DNA from: an uncultured bacterium
GTDB taxonomy: Bacteria > Oederibacteriota > PGYV01 > CAWJRG01
Length of the DNA: 64,000 bases
Direction: 5' to 3'
NCBI GenBank assembly: GCA_963845185.1
Contig: CAWJRG010000005.1
Span: 640,001 to 704,000 of the forward strand
The notes beneath the pieces are model-generated. The model was not told the DNA's origin. It did not search any database and saw nothing but the letters and a program-made list of their open reading frames with translations. This document shows, one piece after another, positions 1-8,400 of the stretch; the stretch's first letter is position 1, and every line of letters begins with the position of its first letter. Position numbers and translations under genes: made by a program.

Positions 1-1646
1 TCGAAGTAGCAGCTGGTGCCCTGGTAATTAAGTGTGTTTTCCGGGTTCTGGTTCACTGACTGTGAGTCTCCGTATAATAAATAGTAATTTGACGAATTGG
101 AACCCGGTGAGTAAAATATAAGCCTGTACTGCTTTCCTGCAATCAGCGTATAGGTGCTGCCCATGTCCGCGTCATACCACTGGTAATTGGGCCATGCCAG
201 CACTGAGCCGGATGCGGCAAGCGTGCCTGACGTAATTGTTACGTTTCCTCCGATGTCATACAGGCTGTAATAAAGGTTGTCAGCCGGCGACAGGCTGTTT
301 ACATACATATAAACCCCGATTTTGCTCACCTGGCACGTCGTGGTCACACTCAGGTACTCAGCTTTCCAGTTGCTGGTGCCGTAAACTATGCCCATACCAC
401 TGCCGCCGCTGTCAGGGTTGCCGAAATATGCGGAGTCAGTATAACCCAGTACAAAAATCGGTATGTAATTATAAAAGGACCAGGAAGCACCGTTGTATTG
501 CATGGAGTTCAGGTTTGGGTCAATTACCTGGTCATAGGGTATAATGCCGGAAGACGGAAGTGTGCCCTCTGAAACGCTGAGGTAATCGCTTCCGTCGACT
601 GTGCCTGAATTATATGTGAATACAATATGATAAACCTGCCCTGCATTAAGCGTCGCGTTCGGCACAGCTACGTCGTTCCATCCCGAAGTCGAAAAAGTGC
701 CTGATGTAAGCGTTACCCAGTTCGGATAGCCGCCCGAGTCGCCCATTATTGCTACATTATAAGTCGGCGCTGTGCCCGCGCCTGTCATTACGTAAAATTT
801 TATGTCATTGACTGTCTTTGCCGCTCTTTCCGTGAAACTGTACGCCACAAGCCTGTTTGACGCGCTCATTGAATATGCGTATGTGTTGGTTATTATGGAT
901 AAGTTGCCCAGCACAAATGGCGGCACCGGGGTAATGGTCGGAGTGATTGTGGGCGTTATTTCATCAGCGGACATAAGCTCCACTGCAGCCAGCGCGTTGT
1001 AGCCGTTCAACCCGAAAGTGTAGGTAATGTCATACGGACCCGGCGCTGTAGTTGCGTAATCCGATTGCTGCCCTATACCGGCGGTATTTCCTGTCCAGCG
1101 GCTGGTTATGCCTGAGCCGGGTGTTATTGAAGTTACAGTTGATGACCCTACCATGCCTGCTATCCAGCTGTTGGTTGCTATAGTTGTATAACTCAGGCCT
1201 ATGGACATACTGCTGGAATTCTCGAACTGCTGCTCTGCGCCAATAGCGCCTACGCCGTTATAGCTGACTGCTCCATAGTTCCAGGAAAACACCGCATTGG
1301 GGTTTACTACAATTGGATAGGAGCCGCCGGTTGGCGGGTTCATAAGGTAGTAAATAAAAATTGTTGTAGAGGTAAATGAGTTTGCCGTGCCGGCCAGTGT
1401 CATTGGTATGCCGTTATACGTTACTGATGTTATGCCGGGAGCGCCTGCTCCTGCCTGCAGCCCTACGACAAGGCAGGTTGCAGAATTTGAGCAGGTGTGC
1501 GTCCACGTAAAGCTCTGGCTCGTTGCCGGGTCGCTGCCGTTTGAGGTATTATCAACGGAAATCAAGCAGAAAATATTTCCCGCCAGCAACAAAATAAACG
1601 TTAATATCCACGCTAGCCTTTTTTTTCTTTTGCTGCTCCCTGCCAT
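1..1646 (-). CDS. Secreted modular surface protein, runs off the window start (not in ORF track)
   Basis: ATG at 1646 after AAGGAAAAGGAA. Reads MAGSSKRKKRLAWILTFILLLAGNIFC (signal peptide), beta-rich domains and an ITPTITPTITP linker, with no stop down to base 1. Confidence 0.85.
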   Translation of the reverse strand, partial: MAGSSKRKKRLAWILTFILLLAGNIFCLISVDNTSNGSDPATSQSFTWTHTCSNSATCLVVGLQAGAGAPGITSVTYNGIPMTLAGTANSFTSTTIFIYYLMNPPTGGSYPIVVNPNAVFSWNYGAVSYNGVGAIGAEQQFENSSSMSIGLSYTTIATNSWIAGMVGSSTVTSITPGSGITSRWTGNTAGIGQQSDYATTAPGPYDITYTFGLNGYNALAAVELMSADEITPTITPTITPVPPFVLGNLSIITNTYAYSMSASNRLVAYSFTERAAKTVNDIKFYVMTGAGTAPTYNVAIMGDSGGYPNWVTLTSGTFSTSGWNDVAVPNATLNAGQVYHIVFTYNSGTVDGSDYLSVSEGTLPSSGIIPYDQVIDPNLNSMQYNGASWSFYNYIPIFVLGYTDSAYFGNPDSGGSGMGIVYGTSNWKAEYLSVTTTCQVSKIGVYMYVNSLSPADNLYYSLYDIGGNVTITSGTLAASGSVLAWPNYQWYDADMGSTYTLIAGKQYRLIFYSPGSNSSNYYLLYGDSQSVNQNPENTLNYQGTSCYF

Positions 1647-1716
1647 TTAGTTCCTTTTCCTTATATTTTAAATTATTTGATTTAATTATTACTCTGATAG
1701 GTTATTGCTGTCTATT

Positions 1717-1744
1717 GCAGAGACACGCCATGGCGTGTCTCTGC
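1717..1744. repeat. Perfect 28-bp palindrome, REP-like element or terminator hairpin
   Basis: GCAGAGACACGCCATGGCGTGTCTCTGC, immediately after the stop of 1749..3752. Resembles GTAGAGACGCGCCATGGCGCGTCTCTAC-type REPs. Confidence 0.7.
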
Positions 1745-1748
1745 TTAT

Positions 1749-3752
1749 TTATTTTATTACATAGACTTTTAAAAGTTTTTTATCTGCCCCTGCCTCTATA
1801 TACACGAAATACAGCCCTTCTCCCGCAATCTTGCCGTCGCCATTTTTTACATCCCATTGCACCTGGTTCCATCCGTCGGCCGAAGCTGTAAATCCAAGGT
1901 CATTTCTTACTACTTCGCCGGTCAAATTATATACCTTTATTTTTACCTGCACATTTGCCTGGGTTTTCAGGTTTATCTGCAGCTTTTCGCCTTTGTCAGG
2001 GTTTACATAGTTTTTGGAAAGCGTCATGTTTAAGTTGGGCGTAGGAGTATTAGTAACAACCGGTGAAACCACACAAGTGGCCGTAACAACCGGCGTTGCA
2101 GTCGCGGTGTTTCCTGTTCCCTGATTGGTCAGGGTGCTTGTCGCTGTTAAGACAAAAGTTTCCATTGCAATAGCTGTATCCGTAGATGAAGGGACTTCTG
2201 TGCACGTTGAAGTCAGCGTGGGGCTTTCAGTAAGCGTAGGCGTCATTGTCGGCGTATTTGTCCCGGTGTCTATGTATGTAACTATCAATGTTGGAGTGTT
2301 TGTTTGTGTCATGGTAAAAGTATCTGTAATCACCAGCGTGAGCGACGGCGTTGCTGTAAATGAAGGCGTGGGCGTAAATGTAGGCGTGAATGTTGGTGTA
2401 TTTGTCCCGGTATATGTCCTGCTAATTACAAGTGTAGGTGACGGCGTTGCCGTAAATGTTGGCGAAGGCGTCTGCGTCCGTGTGATTGTTGGAGTCGGCG
2501 TTGCATTGGCGATGACAAATGTGAACGCGTATGTATTTGAAGTTCTTGTGTATGTCCCGTTTGTGTCGACTTCAGATGCTGAGGCATTGTCGGTAAATAC
2601 GACCGTACCCACGGAATTAGTTGTGAATACCCATGTAAAATTATAACTGCTGCCTGCCGTAAGTGTTGGAATATACGCAGGCGTTGGTCCTGAATTAATT
2701 GTCACAAGGCTTGAATTTGAGTCTCCCATTCCGCCCGGTACTACATTTGTAGCGTTGACCTGATAACCTGTATTGTTAACTATCAGATTCATAGTTATAA
2801 CCTGGCCCGGAAGCGCCGGGTTTGGATAACCGTCTATTCTTGCTGTTAAAGTCACGCCTTTGACATTCGTGATGCACGGATTGCTCCGCAAAGTAACGCC
2901 TGCAGATTGAATATCCTGTGAAGTAGCAAAAGCCGTATTTGTAATGCTGAACGCCATATTTATGGCTGTAGGGCTGACTAATGTAACTATTGATATGCTG
3001 CCATTTGCATTTGAATTGACTGACCCAATATACCAGTATGCAAATGTGCCTGACGATGTGGTGGATGTAGTAGCATATGGACCAGGGCTTGAGTTTAGGA
3101 ATGTAAGCTCATACGGTATTGTATCCCAGATGTAAACGCTGTTTGCCGGATTTCCCGATGCATTGCTGTAATTAATGGTATATGTAAATGTATCGCCTGC
3201 TTCCATAGGGTTTTCACTGGCTGTCTTTGACATTCCCAAAAGCACTACCGTCACTATTGGGCTGGCTGTAAGCGCCGTGTTTGTTGTGCCTGCAGGCGCT
3301 TCTGAAATACTAAAAGTATATGGGCCTGTGGCAACCGGCACTGTCACACCTTCTGTCCCTCCGCCTGCGCCGTAAACTATGTTCACTGTGTCATACCAGC
3401 TAATATCAAGACCATTGTCTGTGATAGTTATTGTGTTTCCGTTGATACTAATATCATTTGCCGGAACAGTCATTGAATTGCCGCTTGATACTGTATAAAC
3501 CATGACATTCCCAGATGAACCACTGCCATTTGTCGGGGCTGTCCACCCGCTTGGTATCTGGACTGTCAGGTAACCCATGCTTGTCCCGCTGTTTGTCCAA
3601 TTCACGCCGCCTGCATCGGCGTAACTTATTATAAATGTCGCGCCGCTAGAACCCGCGCCGGCGACAGAAGGTGAAATTGTTGCTGTGCCTGTGGCGAAAA
3701 TCGCTGATGTGAATAGTAAAACCGTCGTAAATGCCAGAAAAATTTTTTTCAT
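1749..3752 (-). CDS. Secreted protein: DUF11-like Ig domains, Thr-rich linker, FlgD/T9SS-like C-terminal domain
   Basis: Signal peptide MKKIFLAFTTVLLFTSAIFA; 'SKTAS..GDTFTYTINYSN..VYIWDTIP' (DUF11-like); TPT linker; C-terminus 'KIKVYNLTGEVVR..WDVKNGDGKIAGEGLYFVYI..KVYVIK'. Confidence 0.85.
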   Translation of the reverse strand: MKKIFLAFTTVLLFTSAIFATGTATISPSVAGAGSSGATFIISYADAGGVNWTNSGTSMGYLTVQIPSGWTAPTNGSGSSGNVMVYTVSSGNSMTVPANDISINGNTITITDNGLDISWYDTVNIVYGAGGGTEGVTVPVATGPYTFSISEAPAGTTNTALTASPIVTVVLLGMSKTASENPMEAGDTFTYTINYSNASGNPANSVYIWDTIPYELTFLNSSPGPYATTSTTSSGTFAYWYIGSVNSNANGSISIVTLVSPTAINMAFSITNTAFATSQDIQSAGVTLRSNPCITNVKGVTLTARIDGYPNPALPGQVITMNLIVNNTGYQVNATNVVPGGMGDSNSSLVTINSGPTPAYIPTLTAGSSYNFTWVFTTNSVGTVVFTDNASASEVDTNGTYTRTSNTYAFTFVIANATPTPTITRTQTPSPTFTATPSPTLVISRTYTGTNTPTFTPTFTPTPSFTATPSLTLVITDTFTMTQTNTPTLIVTYIDTGTNTPTMTPTLTESPTLTSTCTEVPSSTDTAIAMETFVLTATSTLTNQGTGNTATATPVVTATCVVSPVVTNTPTPNLNMTLSKNYVNPDKGEKLQINLKTQANVQVKIKVYNLTGEVVRNDLGFTASADGWNQVQWDVKNGDGKIAGEGLYFVYIEAGADKKLLKVYVIK

Positions 3753-4607
3753 ATTTCTTCATCTCCCTTTTTTAATGATGGTGCTATTATATTGTTTTTT
3801 ATGATTCCCATTATTTCCCTGCTGTAACCCGCCTCAATTATCTGTATCCTCTTCATTATCTTGCCTTTGACAACTTCGTATTTTTCTTTCCCAAGCCCGA
3901 TCTTGACGGCTTTTAACCGCAAAAAAAGCAGCCCGGTCATGCCTTCTTCGATTTCAGTCTTAATCCTGACTGTCGGCCCCAGCATTTTAATATTTCTTAC
4001 CAGCCGCTCCATGTCTATCATGCCGTCTTCCCTCAACTTGCCGTCCGAATCCCAGTTTGTGTTCTTGAAAACGAAATTCCCAAACGCGGTTTTTTCCAGG
4101 GTTTTTAAGAGCATTGCCTTTGCCGCCCTTTCGCCGCATGCTACGGTTAATTCGTCCTGTATTATTTTCCTCAGCTCGTCAAACGCGCCTGCAAGCTCGC
4201 TGATATTTTTTTCGTTTTTATAATCTATCTCCGCCGCGAAAGGTTCCTGTTCCAGTTCCTGTGTAGTTTTTGGCGGTGCAGATTCCTGCTCAAGTTGTTG
4301 TTTTATTTTTTCCGCCCTTTTGATAAGGTCGTCTATTTCATAATCATCCTCAGCGCTTTCCTTTTCTTTCCTGCGTTTTTTCTCCGCTAGCCGTGCCCAT
4401 TTCTTCCAGCTTGGACCTGACCACAATGCTTTTCTTTTCAGGTTTGGTTTCTGCGGGTTTGGCTTCAACATTTTTCTGTGTTGCCGGGTTTGCGCTTTCT
4501 TGTTTTGTTTTATCTTCGTTTTCTTTTTCGCCGGTTACCTGCTCTTCAATGCTGAACATGTCCGCCAGGTCCTGGCTTGTAATTGATAAATCCCGTTTTT
4601 TATCCAC
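3749..4607 (-). CDS. Hypothetical protein (~285 aa) split by a +1 frameshift into ORFs 4350..4607 and 3749..4471
   Basis: Removing one C from CCC at 4396-4398 gives a continuous ...RSKLEEMARLAEKKRRKEKESAE.... The exact position within the overlap is uncertain. Stop overlaps the next ATG (ATGA). Confidence 0.7.
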
Positions 4608-4613
4608 GCGTGC

Positions 4614-5003
4614 TCACCTTTTCCTCTGCATTTCTTTGTTTTTTTGTTTGATGAACTCGTCAAGGATGCATCCTTCTATATACCATGCGAGGTAAGGCAC
4701 GAATTTTTCGTTTTCATCCGAGCCCCAGCTTTTTACAGCCTTGATAAGGCCCCTGTTACCTGCCTTTATCAGCTTTACAAAAGATAGCCCTGCTCCCCTG
4801 TACCGGTTGGCTATGCCTATGACCATCCTCAGGTGGGCTTCTATAAGGAACTTTTGAATATCCTCTTTTTCCTCGGCCTGGGAGCCTTCCAGCTTGTTAA
4901 GGAGAATCTCAATTTTGTTAAAAGGCACTTCTTTAATGTGTGATATTACTATGAGATAATCCTTTAAATGGCTTTCGTCTATGTCTATCAATTTTAGCTT
5001 CAT
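4614..5003 (-). CDS. Truncated sigma70-family protein (regions 1.2 and 2 only)
   Basis: 'LKDYLIVISHI' (region 1.2) and 'FLIEAHLRMVIGIANRYRGAGLSFVKLIKAGNRGLIKAVKSW...KFVPYLAWYIEGCI' align by eye to RpoD 'LIEANLRLVVSIAKRYxGRGLxFLDLIQEGNxGLIKAVEKF...KFSTYATWWIRQAI'. Stops at 129 aa. Confidence 0.85.
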   Translation of the reverse strand: MKLKLIDIDESHLKDYLIVISHIKEVPFNKIEILLNKLEGSQAEEKEDIQKFLIEAHLRMVIGIANRYRGAGLSFVKLIKAGNRGLIKAVKSWGSDENEKFVPYLAWYIEGCILDEFIKQKNKEMQRKR

Positions 5004-5188
5004 TGTCCTTTACCTCTCTTTTCCAAATTTTTTATGCTTTCTTCTTCCATCCATTTATTGACCCTGTCAAGGTCAACTAATTTTTCGTTAAAAAAATCCT
5101 GATGCTGTTTTAAAAATTTTCTTAAAGTTGGCAAAGAAATCTGCATGTAATCGGCTGCCTCGCCTTTCTTTACCGCATTTTTAGTCAT
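5000..5188 (-). CDS. Small excisionase/MerR-like helix-turn-helix protein
   Basis: 'KGEAADYMQISLPTLRKFLK...DLDRVNKWME' fits the Xis-like HTH pattern. ATGA overlap with the sigma fragment. Confidence 0.7.
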   Translation of the reverse strand: MTKNAVKKGEAADYMQISLPTLRKFLKQHQDFFNEKLVDLDRVNKWMEEESIKNLEKRGKGQ

Positions 5189-5236
5189 TTCAGCACCTGA
5201 GTTCTTGTCATCTTCATATAATACACTGGTTATAGT

Positions 5237-5252
5237 AGCAATTCCTATGCCG
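5237..5252 (-). promoter_or_regulatory. Putative sigma54 (-24/-12) promoter
   Basis: Minus strand CGGCATAGGAATTGCT: GG-N10-GC spacing, close to the TGGCAC-N5-TTGCW consensus, ~50 bp upstream of the HTH ATG. Confidence 0.7.
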
Positions 5253-5317
5253 GGTTCAGTAGAAAAACAGTGAATATAATAAGGTAGTTTTTGTGATTGT
5301 TTCCCCTTGCGGAATAA

Positions 5318-5356
5318 TAGTGTAGAATTTTCTACACTAATGTAGGATTTACAACA
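5318..5356. promoter_or_regulatory. Tandem palindromic enhancer (UAS)-like sites
   Basis: TAGTGTAGAA-TT-TTCTACACTA (5318-5339) and TGTAGGATTTACAACA (5341-5356). Both fit TGTAG-N6-CWACA and lie 20 bp apart, ~100 and ~120 bp upstream of the inferred start site. Confidence 0.65.
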
Positions 5357-5406
5357 AATGTTTCTATGCCCAATATATCAAAATGTAATCCCCCGTATCT
5401 TTATAA

Positions 5407-8400
5407 TTACTTTACTATGTAAACCTTAAGCAGTTTTTTATCTGTCCCGGCCTCTATGTACACGAAATACAACCCCTGACCGACAATTTTGCCGTCATCA
5501 TTCTTTATGTCCCATTCAACCTGGTTCCATCCGTCAGCCGTGGTTGTGAAATCCATGTTCCTTCTTATTATTTCACCGGTCAGATTATATACCTTCACTT
5601 TTACGTTTACATTTGCCGCGGCTTTCACGTTTATAAGCAGGGTTTCGCCTTTGTTTGGGTTTAGATAGTTTTTGGAAAGCGTCATGTTTGAATTCGGCTC
5701 AGGAGTATTTGTGGGAATCGGTGAGACCGTATAAGTGGGCGTGATGCTTGGCGTCGGGCTTATCGTGCCTGTTTCTGTTATGGTCAAAGTGTTTGTCTGC
5801 GTGTTTGTCGCTGTAAAAGTGGCAGTTTCCGTGCCGGTAACTGAATATGTGACTGTCGGAGTTTCTGTATCTGTCGCCGTGCCCGTTGAGCTTATAGTGA
5901 AGGTCGGCGTATTTGTGAATGAAGAAGTAACCGTGTTGCTTGGAGTCTCCGTGTTCGTGGATGTGCCTGTACAAGTCAGTGTATTCGTTTCTGTTATTGT
6001 GGAACTTGCTGTGAACGTCGGTGTATTTGTGTATGAAGAGGTGGGTGTACCACTTGCCGTCACTGTGCAAGTGCCTGTCCATGTGGGTGTATTTGTCGGT
6101 GTGTCCGTATTTGTACCTGTCCATGTAGGTGTATTTGTCGGTGAATTCGTGTTTGTCCCCGTCCATGTTGGCGTATTTGTCATTGTATCCGTGTATGTCC
6201 CTGTCCATGTAGGTGTATTTGTTGCAGTATCCGTGTTTGTCCCTGTCCATGTTGGCGTATTTGTTGCAGTGTCCGTGTTTGTACCCGTCCATGTTGGCGT
6301 ATTTGTCGGTGTATTTGTCATTGTATTCGTCTTTGTATCTGTCCAAGTCGGCGTATTCGTCGGCGTCCAAGTCGCTGTATTCGTCGGTGTCCACGTTGGC
6401 GTATTTGTAGTTGTCCATGTCAGCGTATTCGTTGGTGTCCATGTCAGCGTATTCGTTGGTGTCCATGTTGGTGTATTCGTCGGTGTCCATGTCGGTGTGT
6501 TTGTTGATGTTGCTGTATTAGTTGGTGTTAATGTAAATGTAGGCGTAATTGTCCAGGTGAAAACTATCTGCGTGAATGTCTGCGTTATGCTTGGCGTCGG
6601 GCTGCTGGTAGGTGTACTCGAAAATGTCGAAGTCATCGTGCTTGTGCCTGTATTCGTTGGTGTCCATGTTTTCGTATTTGTAGGTGTCCCTGTTGGTGTA
6701 TTAGTCGGCGTCCATGTTGATGTAGCCGTTAATGTATATGTGGACGATAGTGTTAATGTATTAGTGTATGTCAATGTCCACGTTGAAGTATTTGTCGGTG
6801 TCCAGGTTGGTGTGTTTGTAGGTGTTCGCGACGAAGTATTTGTCATTGTACTTGTTGGCGTATTTGTCGGCGTCCATGTCGGAGTAGACGTTAACGTATA
6901 TGTGGACGTTAGTGTTAATGTATAAGTTAATGTCGGTGTCCATGTTGAAGTATTTGTTGGTGTACCTGTCCGTGTATTCGTTAGTGTCCATGTCGGAGTA
7001 GACGTTAATGTATATGTGGACGTTAGTGTCAATGTATAAGTTAATGTCGGTGTCCATGTCGAAGTTTTTGTCGGTGTTCCTGTCGGTATATTAGTTGGTG
7101 TCCCTGTTTGCGTTGCCGACGGTGTCCCAGTCTGTGTATTCGTCGGCGTCATCGTTGGTGTTGATGTATATGTCAGTGTCTGCGTATATGTACTGGTTGG
7201 TGTTGATGTAGTTGTGGCAAAAGCGCATGAGCCCGGGCAATATCCTACATATATTTCATATTCCCCCGAATTGCTGCTTGCGGACGGGAACGGGTCCGGA
7301 ATATCGTTAACCGAGCTGTAGTTGGTGTTTTTAAATGCTATATTCTCTCCTGAGTTTGCGCTCGCGAACTGCACGCCGTTATCTCCGAGATACGCGAGCC
7401 AGTATGTACCTGCAGGCAGGCATGTCACAGGAATATTATAAGTGTTCCAACCCGGACCGCATGTTTGCTTGCCTGTACTGGCAAGAAGCGCTCCAGGCAC
7501 TCCGGCATTGTCTGCGTAAATTCCCAGTATCACTCCGGATGACCCGCTTCCCAGGTTGTTAATTGACATTGTGTATCCCCTGCCGTCCTGCGCCAAAGTA
7601 AACTGCGTTGCCATCAGGGTATTTGATGAATTTCCGCCTGACGGCCCTATGGAGTCATCTCCAAAATGTGCGTAAGTACATGGCGGTGTCGGAGTCGGCA
7701 GTCCCGACGGACAGTAAAGCACATATACTGAATACTCTCCGGTATTGGTTGTAGGGCTGTTCGGGAATGTTGCAGGCATTGACCCTGTGGAGCCGAAGTT
7801 CATGTTAACATAAGCCAGATCACTCCCGCTGTTATTTGTCGCTATCTGAGACCCGCTGTCTGCAAGGTATGCCAGCCAGTAAGTGCCCTGCGGCAGGTTT
7901 GTCATTGATATGGGATAAATGCCCCAGCTGTTTGCGCCTATCGCCTGTTTTGCCGTGGCTATTATAAGATTTCCCGGGGTTCCGAGGTTATCACTATAAA
8001 TACCTATCATTATATTACTTGCAGTGCCCTTGTTATACGCCGCGACCTGTATTCCTGTACCTCCGTCAGACATCAGAAATTTTGTTGCCATGAGTGTATT
8101 GGCAGAGTTTCCGCCTGATGAGCCTATTGCATTTAACCCGAGGTAACTGTTGCATACCGTCGAAGTAAATGTCGGAGTTCCTGTCACTGTAAGCGTGATA
8201 ATACTAGTTAACGTTGCTGTTGGCGTAATTGTTATAGTATTTGAAATGGTCGCTGACGGGACCGTGCCCGCACATGTGAAAATAAGCGCGGTAGGCCCCC
8301 TTCCGCACGCCCATGCCAGTGTTGAATATGCCGATATACCAAGCAGCTCGTTTGTCGTGCCGCTTGCCTGCTGGTTCCAGCTGGTACCGCCGTTATTTGT

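Noticed and set aside
4350..4471. Programmed ribosomal frameshift between the two overlapping ORFs
   Set aside because: No convincing slippery site plus stimulatory structure at the inferred junction. A one-base error or mutation is simpler, given the three other +1 insertions in the window.
5000..5188. Prophage or ICE boundary suggested by the Xis-like HTH
   Set aside because: No integrase, att-like repeat, tRNA or phage gene in the window.
6060..6500. Regularly spaced 24-42 bp repeats that look superficially like a CRISPR array
   Set aside because: They are in-frame coding repeats with synonymous variation, no unique spacers and no cas genes.
5699..7057. Long Val/Gly-rich plus-strand ORFs and MDT/DKY-rich alternate-frame ORFs (also 2125..2646, 12077..12943, 12488..13147, 17157..17678)
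   Set aside because: They are shadows of ACN-rich Thr-repeat codons in the real minus-strand genes and have no independent gene signals.
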